IMG/VR virus record: IMGVR_UViG_3300050514_000135
Span: 33,102 to 97,101 of that record
Strand: one strand, 5' to 3'
DNA: 64,000 bases
Source of the DNA: a virus
Lineage: Duplodnaviria > Caudoviricetes
Part shown: piece by piece, positions 45,054 to 53,356 of the stretch
Layout of the letters: every line of letters begins with the position of its first letter
Position numbering within the stretch: the first letter of the stretch is position 1
Position numbers and translations under genes: made by a program
The notes under the pieces: model-generated
Database searches by the model: none
What the model was told of the DNA's origin: nothing
The model's input: only the letters and a program-made list of their open reading frames with translations

Positions 45054-46913
45054 TTACTGGCGATTCGCTCCGGAGAACTCCAGCGACCGGCGCGTCATGT
45101 CGTCCATGTTGCCGTTCGAGCGAGCTCCGGCGATGACCGCGGGCGGTGCCGCCTGCGGGACAGTCGGCTGCACGTCGGTGAACACCTCGACCGGCACGGG
45201 ACCGGCACCCGGCATGAGCGGCTGCACGCCCGAGTATCCGGGCGGAGGCAGCGCGTTCGTCACCGGGACGCCAGTCGGCGGTTGCTTCTCGATCACGAGG
45301 CACACTCCGTAGGGGAGCATGACCGCGTTGCCGGGTTGCCAGTACGAGCTCGGGTCCCCGCCGCCGTTCATGGCGCTGATGGCGTCGATGCTGACGCCTC
45401 CAGCAGCCGCGAGAGCGCTGAGGTCCTCGCCCGCCTGGACGACGTGACGACACTCGGTGTTGTTGTTGTACTTGGCGCAGTTCGGGCAGAGCGTCTCGCA
45501 GTTCGAGTAGCAGCCGTTGAAGCCACCGCACTCCGTGCAGTTGCCCAAGCGACCGGTGTTGACGAACGTGCGAGCTTGCTGACCCGGACGGCCGACGCCG
45601 TTCGCGTCGCCGAGCTGGTAGATCGATCCGCCACCGGCGCCCATCGGCGACTGGATGACGGGCGGAGTCTGCTGGCCCGGAGCGAGCTGCGGGATGAAGG
45701 GGCGCGTGGCGAAGAGCTTCGCGACGTTCTCCTGGATGTACGCCTGCTCCATCGGGTAGGCGCGGTTTCCGAAAGTGGCCTTGCCCGCGTCCGCCGCGTT
45801 GACCTTGAAGATCGCCGGGGCTGCGTACCAGTCCCAGAGCATCTTCAGGCCGTTCGCGCCGAAGCCGACGGCGACGCCGCCGAGCACCCACGGGATGAGC
45901 CCGCGGCCGCGCGTGAAGTACGTGCCGGCCATGCCAGCCGCGGCTCCACCGAGCTGCGTGGCGAGGCGCCAAGCGTCCGGCTTCATGCGGTAGGCTGCCG
46001 CCGCGTCCTTGCCGTAGTACGGGTTCGTCCCGTCCTTCGGCTTGCGCGTCGCGACGAGGCGGTCGGCGACGTCAGCGGCCGTGAGGCCGATGAACACCGC
46101 GATGGCCGCGACGCCGTACGCCCGGATCGAGCTCATGCTGAATGCTCCGTCGGCGTTCTCGTAGAGCACCGGAGCGTGACCCGACACGAGTCCGAGCCCG
46201 ATGGGGTTCTCCTGCATCATGCGCCGGCGACCCCCGCCCTTCCGCTTGTGCCGGCGGCGTCGAGTGACCTCGACGACCTGCACCTGGGCGGCCTTGGCCG
46301 CGGGGAGACGAACGATGTGAGTCTTGGCGACGGTCGAGCGACGGCTGCGACGACGCTTCTTCGCGTGGCTGCGCTTCTTGCCGTGACTGCGCCGTTTCGC
46401 CTTCTTCGTGTGCTTGCGCTTCCGGCGGCGTTTCGCGCCGCCCGCTCCCATAGCCATGGCCATGAGCGGAGTCATGCGACGAGACCGCTTAGCCCTGCGC
46501 TTGGCCTTCCGCTTGCCCTTCTTGCCCTTACGCTTGCGCTTCTTGGAGGGGTTTTCCGAAAGTGCCATTTGTTCTTGCTCCTCATTCTCCTCGTACCGGT
46601 GACCCCGGCCACGATTCTCTGAAAGTTTGGGGTTCGCGGTCAACTCTTGCCGGCGTGCCGGTCGTTTCTTCATCTTCGAGATCTTGCCGATGTTCGACGT
46701 GCCGTACTTGCTCTTGAGCGCCGAACGCATCTTCTTGAACGCCGCGATCTGCGCCGCTGAGCGCTTCTTCTTCCGGGGATTGTCCTTCAACACTTTGGCC
46801 ACCGGGTTCTCCTCAATCACAGGCGCGTGCGACGCACGCGGAGTTTTTTTCTTCAAGTAGTCGGCGAGACGTTTCTGAAAACGCAGCGCGGTCTTGGTCG
46901 GCTCGTGCATCAT
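45054..46913 (-). CDS. Arg/Lys-rich core-like membrane protein with NP repeats and a LysM domain
   Basis: Poly-basic tracts separated by EENP/KDNP/TANP/SENP/QENP; about 3 TMs; Cys cluster; LysM HVVQAGEDLSALA...VSIDAISAMN...QPGNAVMLP. Confidence 0.75.
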   Translation of the reverse strand: MMHEPTKTALRFQKRLADYLKKKTPRASHAPVIEENPVAKVLKDNPRKKKRSAAQIAAFKKMRSALKSKYGTSNIGKISKMKKRPARRQELTANPKLSENRGRGHRYEENEEQEQMALSENPSKKRKRKGKKGKRKAKRRAKRSRRMTPLMAMAMGAGGAKRRRKRKHTKKAKRRSHGKKRSHAKKRRRSRRSTVAKTHIVRLPAAKAAQVQVVEVTRRRRHKRKGGGRRRMMQENPIGLGLVSGHAPVLYENADGAFSMSSIRAYGVAAIAVFIGLTAADVADRLVATRKPKDGTNPYYGKDAAAAYRMKPDAWRLATQLGGAAAGMAGTYFTRGRGLIPWVLGGVAVGFGANGLKMLWDWYAAPAIFKVNAADAGKATFGNRAYPMEQAYIQENVAKLFATRPFIPQLAPGQQTPPVIQSPMGAGGGSIYQLGDANGVGRPGQQARTFVNTGRLGNCTECGGFNGCYSNCETLCPNCAKYNNNTECRHVVQAGEDLSALAAAGGVSIDAISAMNGGGDPSSYWQPGNAVMLPYGVCLVIEKQPPTGVPVTNALPPPGYSGVQPLMPGAGPVPVEVFTDVQPTVPQAAPPAVIAGARSNGNMDDMTRRSLEFSGANRQ

Positions 46914-47452
46914 GGCGAAACAAAGCCTCGGCTGTCAACGACGCATCCTGACGGGAGCGGCATGCGCCACGCGAGTGGTGTCCCTTGACCGGTGACCAAC
47001 AGGTCAACCGGATGAGAGAACTCGTGCTCGTAAAACCCTCGTGCATGTCCCGCGCGTCGGTAGCGAATGAAAGCGACCTTGCCGACACGATGCCACGAGC
47101 CTTTTGGAATGTCGATACGACCGATCGGCAAGGGCTGACCGTTGCCGAAGTACACGCGCGCGTCCTGCAGCACAACTGGTGACACTTGTGCACGCGACGT
47201 GCGCCCGCGCTTGTCGCGAACGATGTGCATGTCGCAGCGACTGAGCAGGCGCCCCTCCGTGTCGTGAACCAGCACGAATTCCGGCGGAATCTTGATGTCG
47301 CTCGGCATCCCGTAGTAGTCGAGTTTATGCCTGCCGACGCGCCTCACTTGCTCGACGCTCACGAACTCGAGGTGGGTCGAGCGCACGAGCAGCGAGCCGG
47401 TCTTGCAGTAGCCGGTGTTGCAGACTGTCGCTTGTGCAATTCGGGACGTCAT
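46910..47452 (-). CDS. Hypothetical protein (start possibly 47308, MPSDIK)
   Basis: IRY...YEHEF...RGF pattern; coupled to the downstream gene. Confidence 0.6.
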   Translation of the reverse strand: MTSRIAQATVCNTGYCKTGSLLVRSTHLEFVSVEQVRRVGRHKLDYYGMPSDIKIPPEFVLVHDTEGRLLSRCDMHIVRDKRGRTSRAQVSPVVLQDARVYFGNGQPLPIGRIDIPKGSWHRVGKVAFIRYRRAGHARGFYEHEFSHPVDLLVTGQGTPLAWRMPLPSGCVVDSRGFVSP

Positions 47453-48321
47453 CAGGGTGTCGCCGAGGCTAGCGCGCGCTTCATCGACATCGACGAGCCC
47501 ACGAGGTAGAGGCCGAACCCGACCAGGCCGATGATGCCGACCGTCGCGATGAGCTTCGTGTAGTCGTTGACCGCCGGCGCTCCGGCGTTCTTCTCCGCGG
47601 CGGCGGCGAGCTTCACCGACTCAGCGCCGTCGAGCAGGGCCTTCGTCTGCGCGGCAGCCTGCTCGGGCGTGGCCTTGCCGCTCGTCACGAGCTCCGTCTG
47701 ATTGTTCGAGAGCGTGCGCAGCATCTTGTTCGTGGAGACCGTTGACGCGAGCGCGAACGACTCCTTGACGATCCCGTACGCGGCGAGCGCGATGAGCCCG
47801 TTACCGACGATGCCGCCGGCGATGAGGAGCGGCAGGATGCCGACTGTTCCTGAACCGTGCGCGGTGTTGCCCGACGTCGCGTCGAGGAGCACGGGCTTGC
47901 CGCCCACCACGCCCACGCGCATCGCGTCGGTCGGCAACGCCTCGACCACGAAATCTTGAAGCTGATTGCTGTAGATCAACTTGCGCTTGTTCGCGAGCAC
48001 GTCGCTCGCGCCGTCGACCGCGATCTTGCCCATCGCGACCAGGTCCACTGCCTGCTGGTCGAGGTCAGGACCCCAAGCTCCTGGATCGACTGCGCCGCCC
48101 TCGCCGCCGGTGCCGGACATGAACGGCAGCCCGAGGTCCTCGCGCACCTTCTTCAGTCCGAGATAGGACTTCACCATGGCGTCGCGCGACGCCTGCGTGC
48201 TGTCGCGCAGCGCGGTGATGAGCGCGGTCCAAGCGTCCAGGTTCGGGTCCGCCGGTTGCCCGAGCATGCGCTTCAGCGCGACGGGGATCTGCAGCGGGTT
48301 AGCCCATTTCGTCGTCGTCAT
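47452..48321 (-). CDS. Two-TM membrane protein
   Basis: MTTTKWANP...MLGQ; two hydrophobic helices. Confidence 0.7.
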   Translation of the reverse strand: MTTTKWANPLQIPVALKRMLGQPADPNLDAWTALITALRDSTQASRDAMVKSYLGLKKVREDLGLPFMSGTGGEGGAVDPGAWGPDLDQQAVDLVAMGKIAVDGASDVLANKRKLIYSNQLQDFVVEALPTDAMRVGVVGGKPVLLDATSGNTAHGSGTVGILPLLIAGGIVGNGLIALAAYGIVKESFALASTVSTNKMLRTLSNNQTELVTSGKATPEQAAAQTKALLDGAESVKLAAAAEKNAGAPAVNDYTKLIATVGIIGLVGFGLYLVGSSMSMKRALASATP

Positions 48322-49238
48322 TGGGTAGTCCTCATCTTCGACATGCGATCGTAGAGGTTCAGACCGAGCGTCGCCGCGCTGATCGCGAGTCCCCCGATCA
48401 AGATCTTCTCGAGCGTCGTGAAGTGCTCGCTCTTCTGCGCTGCCTCGCGCTCCTGCTCGGTCTGCGTCTGCCCCAGCCACTGCATGCGAGGCTTGGTCCA
48501 GACGACCGGCTTCGGTTTCGTCTCCCAGATCACCCTGGTGGTGAGCCCCGCGGTGCTGGTAGGCGGGGCTCCGACGCCGACGAAGATCCCGCGGTCGACG
48601 AAGTTGTGCTGTTCGGGATTGAACTGTGTCTGCGCGCCGCTGAAGCAGGCGTGCGCGTCGCACAGCACCTTGATGTTCGGCACGCTGACGACACGCTCGC
48701 GCTGGAACGGCACGCACTCACCGAGTCGGAGCTCGGACAGGCTCGGGTCCGCGTAGTTCCACTTGTCGTTGAACCAGACGACGCAGAGCACGTGCTCGAT
48801 GACGTCGCCGCCGTACCCGTGACCTACGATCGCCACGTGCATTCCGACGGAACCGAACGCCGACGCGCAGAGCACGAGCAGTCCGTCGCAGTCGTCGCCC
48901 TTCAGGCACGGGATCTCGTTGCCGAGCTCGTCGTGGTGGGGCTTCGCCGGGTCGCAAGCGAGTAGATGCGCCTTGGGGATGTATTCCGCGTTGATCGGGT
49001 CAGGCACCCAGAGCTTGGTCTGCGCGGCCTTCAAGATCACGCGCGCCCGCGCCGACGGCGAGTCGACGGCCTGCCCCAGGTTCCTCGCCTCGTCGAGGCG
49101 GTCGATCGCCCAGCTCCGCACGTAGGCGTTGCTCATCCCCTCCGCGACGAACTCGGCCACGCGGTCGAGCGAGGTGCGCGTACCCTGCTCTCCGTACGGG
49201 TGCGACCTCACGTCGGAGACGAACGGGCGCGGCGGCAT
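48318..49238 (-). CDS. Transglutaminase-like Cys protease/transamidase, membrane-anchored
   Basis: GDDCDG (Cys), EHVLC (His), WNYADPS (Asp) triad; C-terminal VVWTKPRMQWLGQ followed by a TM. Confidence 0.78.
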   Translation of the reverse strand: MPPRPFVSDVRSHPYGEQGTRTSLDRVAEFVAEGMSNAYVRSWAIDRLDEARNLGQAVDSPSARARVILKAAQTKLWVPDPINAEYIPKAHLLACDPAKPHHDELGNEIPCLKGDDCDGLLVLCASAFGSVGMHVAIVGHGYGGDVIEHVLCVVWFNDKWNYADPSLSELRLGECVPFQRERVVSVPNIKVLCDAHACFSGAQTQFNPEQHNFVDRGIFVGVGAPPTSTAGLTTRVIWETKPKPVVWTKPRMQWLGQTQTEQEREAAQKSEHFTTLEKILIGGLAISAATLGLNLYDRMSKMRTTQ

Positions 49239-49246
49239 CGCGAGTC

Positions 49247-49276
49247 AGTATGCCCTCGCCTCTCTCCCGCCTGCAA
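49247..49276 (-). promoter_or_regulatory. Promoter of the structural operon, leaderless
   Basis: TTGCAG (49276-49271), 18 bp, CATACT (49252-49247), 8 bp, ATG; same geometry as the 29.1-kb promoter. Confidence 0.6.
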
Positions 49277-49331
49277 CGTGTCGCGTTTCCGCTCACCGCT
49301 CGGCGCGTGCACTTTTAGGCACAGTTGTGAA

Positions 49332-50936
49332 TTAGGAGACGGGTCCGCCGTTCGGTCCTACGACGGAGACGTTCGACTGCGGGTTCGTCGCGGCGACCTG
49401 CGGCGGGGGCTGCTGCTGGCTCATCGCCTGCTGCATCTCGGGAGTCATCTGCTTCGACAGCTGCACGAAGCGTTCGGCGCGCTGTAGCGCGGCCTCCTCG
49501 GCCTCCGCCTGCTCCCGCTGCGTCTCGCGGCGCTGCTGCACCATCGTGTTGCGCTCCTCTCGGAACTCTTTGACGATCCCGCGCGCCTCTTTCAGGATGC
49601 CGCGCCCGGCCTCGGCGAGCTTGTCGCCGTTGTACATGGCCATCGTGACCGCGTCGACCGGCGAGCCGGTGGCCTTGTCGAAGACCGCGCGCATGTGCGG
49701 GAGCTCCTTGATCACGTGCGGCAGGACGTTCTCCTCGTCCTTCGTCGGCGGCTCTGGTTCTTCGCGCTCGGGAGGCGCGAACGTCTTCACGTAGCGACGA
49801 CCGAGGCTTGCCATCTCGGAGGCCATCGCGAGCGTCGATTGAAACTGCTCGATTGGCGACGGCGGGTCAGGCTTCTTCTCCTCCGGCTTCGGAGGGGGCG
49901 GTTGCTGCTGCTGGCCGTAACCCGGGTACATCATCCCCATGTACGGGTTCTGGTACATGCTCATCATGTAGGGCAGGAACGGCAGGAGGTGCGGCGGGAT
50001 CTGCGGCTGCGCCTGCTGCGGCTGCTGCGCCGCGCGCTTGACCTCCTCGATCAAGCTCGCGTTCTCGCGCGTGAGCTGCATGAGCATCGCGACCACGTTC
50101 GGGTCCATCATGCCGGGCGCCATCGGGTAAGGCATCTGCGGCATCTGCGGCATCTGCGGTGCCTGCGGCTGAGGTGCTGGCGGCGGTTGCGCTTGCTGAG
50201 GCTGCTGCATCGGCATCGGCATCGGCATCGGCATCGGGTACGGCATCGGCATCATCTGCGGCATCATCTGCTGCGGCATGCCGTAGCCCCACGGCGGCGG
50301 TTGCTGCTGCGGCCAACCCTGCTGCGGCGGTGGGCCCTGCATCGGGTTCGGCATCATCGGGCCGTAACCCGGGTACCCGTAACCGGGAGGCGGTTGATTC
50401 TGGTTCGACACGTCGTCAACCTCCTCGCGCTCGGCGAAGTTCACCTTGCCGGTGGCTTTCTGATAGTTCGTGCTGTCGCAGATCCACCACTTGTAGACCG
50501 CCCGAGCGCCCCTCCAGTGGTTGTTCGCCAGGTGGTCGACCATCTTCGGCCAAGTGTCGATCGCCGCGACGGCCTTCGTCGGGACGCGGTCGTCCGTGAC
50601 GGGCTCGATCTGCTGGAAGCGCACGTACGCCCCGGGATTCTCGCGCGCCGCCATCTCGTACTTGTGCGGGTCCGGAGCGTCGAATCGAATGTTCGTATCG
50701 CCTGCTGCTTTTCTTTTTGCCACGTGGTTCATCACCTGGTTCAGTCGCGCACTCTCTGGATCGTAGCCGATGTTGTTCGCGACGCTCGGGTCGATCGGAA
50801 CGTTCGAGTACGGGAGTCCTGTCTGCGGATTTACCGGAGTTCCAGGCGGGTACATCGGTCCCGGCTTGATGTCGGCCCGCCTCGTAGGAGTCTTCTCCCG
50901 TTTCTTCTTCGGCTTCTGTTTCTCTTCGTCGGCCAT
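49332..50936 (-). CDS. Pro/Gln/Met/Tyr-rich low-complexity protein with C-terminal coiled coil
   Basis: Long PQM tracts (GGCATC/CTG repeats at 50100-50350), flanked by ordered domains. Confidence 0.75.
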   Translation of the reverse strand: MADEEKQKPKKKREKTPTRRADIKPGPMYPPGTPVNPQTGLPYSNVPIDPSVANNIGYDPESARLNQVMNHVAKRKAAGDTNIRFDAPDPHKYEMAARENPGAYVRFQQIEPVTDDRVPTKAVAAIDTWPKMVDHLANNHWRGARAVYKWWICDSTNYQKATGKVNFAEREEVDDVSNQNQPPPGYGYPGYGPMMPNPMQGPPPQQGWPQQQPPPWGYGMPQQMMPQMMPMPYPMPMPMPMPMQQPQQAQPPPAPQPQAPQMPQMPQMPYPMAPGMMDPNVVAMLMQLTRENASLIEEVKRAAQQPQQAQPQIPPHLLPFLPYMMSMYQNPYMGMMYPGYGQQQQPPPPKPEEKKPDPPSPIEQFQSTLAMASEMASLGRRYVKTFAPPEREEPEPPTKDEENVLPHVIKELPHMRAVFDKATGSPVDAVTMAMYNGDKLAEAGRGILKEARGIVKEFREERNTMVQQRRETQREQAEAEEAALQRAERFVQLSKQMTPEMQQAMSQQQPPPQVAATNPQSNVSVVGPNGGPVS

Positions 50937-50941
50937 GTCAT

Positions 50942-51265
50942 TCAGACCGCGGTGACGACCGGCGTCGCCGCGCTCACGAAACTCGGTACCTTCATGTTCA
51001 GAGCGCCCCGGAAGAGCTTGGTCACGATCGCCTCGACCTGCGCCGCCGTGTACCAGAGTCGGTTACCAAGCGCGTTGGTCGTGAGCGTGATCTCCCTCAC
51101 GATGGTCGAGCCGACGGCCGTCGTCGAACTTCCGGTGACGTCGAAGCCCAGCGCTTGGGCAGTCGCGGCGACCTCGAGTTGCGTGTTCAACACGCGCAGG
51201 CGCGTCTTGTTAATCGGTTGGTATCCGACGAGGCACGTGTAGCTGAGTACGGCTTGGAAGGACAT
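50942..51265 (-). CDS. Hypothetical protein
   Basis: AGGAG RBS; coupled. Confidence 0.6.
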   Translation of the reverse strand: MSFQAVLSYTCLVGYQPINKTRLRVLNTQLEVAATAQALGFDVTGSSTTAVGSTIVREITLTTNALGNRLWYTAAQVEAIVTKLFRGALNMKVPSFVSAATPVVTAV

Positions 51266-51495
51266 CAGGTCTCCTGCTCTTTGCTCTTGCCGTTCCTCTT
51301 CTTCGCTGCCGGCTCAGGATCGTTCAACGAACGAAACACCGGGTCCTTGCTTAGCCACTCGTGCAGAGCCTGCGCGACGATCGAGGAGTACGGGACACCT
51401 AGTTGCTTGCTCACCACGTCGACCCTCTCATACTGCTCGGTCTTCAAATAGACCACCAGTCGAGTCTTCTTGGCGGGGCTCTCGTCCTCGGACAT
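51265..51495 (-). CDS. Ribbon-helix-helix DNA-binding protein
   Basis: KTRLVVYL (strand), EQYERVDVVSKQLG, YSSIVAQALHEWL. Confidence 0.7.
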   Translation of the reverse strand: MSEDESPAKKTRLVVYLKTEQYERVDVVSKQLGVPYSSIVAQALHEWLSKDPVFRSLNDPEPAAKKRNGKSKEQET

Positions 51496-51501
51496 CTCGC
51501 C

Positions 51502-51972
51502 TCAGGTCGTAGCGGACTGCACTGGCGGGTCCACTTGGGAACCGTTGGGTGGCTGGGCCGCCTGCTCTTCTTCGTCCGGTTCGTCGTTCTCGCTGTTGAA
51601 CCACTCCGCGGTCGCGACCGCGACGTCTTCCTTGATCCACGTCTCGCGGACGCGCGTGACGTCCTTCAACCACACGACCTCGACCGTGCCGAACGGCAGG
51701 CCGTTGAAGGTGCCGTCGGGGGCGTCCTGCTTCTTCGGCAGGATGATCCAGTAGAGCAACTGGTAGTGCGCCGGCGTCGACTGGATGTCGTCGTCATCGT
51801 CCGTGATCTCGAGCTGGGGCACGAAGCAGATGACCGACAGGAGCACCGGGTAGCTGGCCGGGTCCTCCTTGCTCAGGCGAACGTGCACCTCCTTGCCCTC
51901 GGCGTCGCGCAGCTTGTCGCCCGACCGGATGACGTTGCCGTTCGAGAGTTCGAGCGACTCGATGATCTTCAT
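51502..51972 (-). CDS. Acidic hypothetical protein
   Basis: GGAGG RBS before MKIIES. Confidence 0.6.
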   Translation of the reverse strand: MKIIESLELSNGNVIRSGDKLRDAEGKEVHVRLSKEDPASYPVLLSVICFVPQLEITDDDDDIQSTPAHYQLLYWIILPKKQDAPDGTFNGLPFGTVEVVWLKDVTRVRETWIKEDVAVATAEWFNSENDEPDEEEQAAQPPNGSQVDPPVQSATT

Positions 51973-52027
51973 GCCGTTTCCTCCGCGCACTGCCTGACAC
52001 TCGTGTGCCCAGGTGGTGACACGGAGG

Positions 52028-52057
52028 AATATGCAAGCACTGGCCGGCCCCAGTCAA
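52028..52057 (-). promoter_or_regulatory. Sigma70-like promoter
   Basis: TTGACT (52057-52052), 18 bp, CATATT (52033-52028) in an intergenic gap. Confidence 0.6.
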
Positions 52058-52060
52058 GTT

Positions 52061-52450
52061 TCAGTTGTCGGCGGGGTCGGGCAGGGCGGCGATGAAGTCC
52101 CAACCTTTCACGGTCAAAGTCGCAAAAAGCTGCGAGCACCCGAGCCTTCCGTGATCGAGTCGGACGTACCCCTCCCGCATGAGGGCATTCGCGACTTTTG
52201 AGCCGGAGCGGTAGCCGAGGCACATTCTGCGCACGGCCCTCGAGACCCGGCCGTCGCTCGCGAGCTCCACCAAGAACGCGAACTGCAGCACGGTAAGCCC
52301 GTCGATCGTCCCCCTCAACCCGTTCGGGCTCCGGTACATCGACAGGCCCTGCGTCTTGCTCAACCAACCGGCGTGGTTGCGCTTCAGGTTCAGGCGCTGC
52401 GCCTCGTCGAACAGCTCGACGACTTCTTTGCGGAGTTCGGGCGTCCACAT
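52061..52450 (-). CDS. Putative winged-helix protein
   Basis: LTVLQFAFLVEL...ALMREGYV...LTVKG (MarR-like pattern). Confidence 0.5.
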   Translation of the reverse strand: MWTPELRKEVVELFDEAQRLNLKRNHAGWLSKTQGLSMYRSPNGLRGTIDGLTVLQFAFLVELASDGRVSRAVRRMCLGYRSGSKVANALMREGYVRLDHGRLGCSQLFATLTVKGWDFIAALPDPADN

Positions 52451-52454
52451 CAGG

Positions 52455-52789
52455 TCACTCGCGCGGCGGCTCGAGGTAGGTGATCGGCTTGTCCAGCTTC
52501 TTCGCGTGCTCGATGCCGCGTCGCGTGGACTGACCGACGTACGTGTTCACGTTCACGACGATCACCTCGTCGGCCTGCTCGATCTTCTTGAGCGTGAGAT
52601 CGTCGATCATCGCCTTCTGCTCGTCGCTGATCGGCACCATGTCGACGTGGTGCCAGAAGCCGGGCAGCAGGACGATCTTCCCGCGCAGCGTCTCGCGCTG
52701 CGCCACTCCGAGCTGCTGCAACTTGAACTTGCTCGAACCGATGATGGCCACTTGTTTGGGTCGCATGGTCTCCTCCTTCTCGTACTCCA
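52455..52789 (-). CDS. Nucleoside 2-deoxyribosyltransferase-like Rossmannoid protein
   Basis: VAIIGSSKF...KKIEQADEVIVVNVNTYVGQSTRRGIEHA; start uncertain. Confidence 0.6.
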
Positions 52790-52840
52790 TGGGCGACAGC
52801 TTCGCGCGCATGCGCGCGTCGCACCTGCTGTCGTAGTCGG

Positions 52841-53356
52841 TCAAGTCGTGCTCTCCAACGCTGCGAACATCTTCTCGTAGAACTTCGCGAACGGGCACCA
52901 CCTCAGGAACTCCTCGCGCGTGAACCAGGTCACTGGGCAGCCGAGCTCGCACTCGCGCGGGTGCTCGTCGTCGCCGACCGCGTCAAACTTCCTCGTCTGC
53001 ACGCGGAACACGAGACAGTACGTGCCGCGCCCGTCGTTGAAGTGCGGCTCAGTCGGCGCTTCATAGATCTGCTTGTACGTGAACGAGACCAAGCCGGTCT
53101 CCTCTTGAAGTTCGCGCGCGCACGCCACGCCCGGAGTCTCACCCTCCTCGACGAGACCGCCCGGCATCGTCCAGCCGCCGTAGCGCTTGTTCCAGACGAC
53201 GAGCATGCGCCCGTCTTCGCGGGTGACGTACGCTACTGCGGCGCGGCGCATCAGGTTGCAGCCGGGATAGTCCGCGCAGATCAACTTGCTGTCGATCCCG
53301 TCGATCGTGTGGTGGGTCGCCGGCTCTCCGCACCGCTCGCACTTCAGTTCGGTCAC
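52841..53356 (-). CDS. Nudix hydrolase with an N-terminal Zn ribbon
   Basis: CERC...C; GGLVEEGETPGVACARELQEETG. Confidence 0.85.
   Translation of the reverse strand: MTELKCERCGEPATHHTIDGIDSKLICADYPGCNLMRRAAVAYVTREDGRMLVVWNKRYGGWTMPGGLVEEGETPGVACARELQEETGLVSFTYKQIYEAPTEPHFNDGRGTYCLVFRVQTRKFDAVGDDEHPRECELGCPVTWFTREEFLRWCPFAKFYEKMFAALESTT

Noticed and set aside
50100-50350. GGCATC/CTG tandem repeats as a CRISPR or non-coding repeat array
   Set aside because: They are in-frame codon repeats for Met-Pro/Gln tracts; no spacers or cas genes
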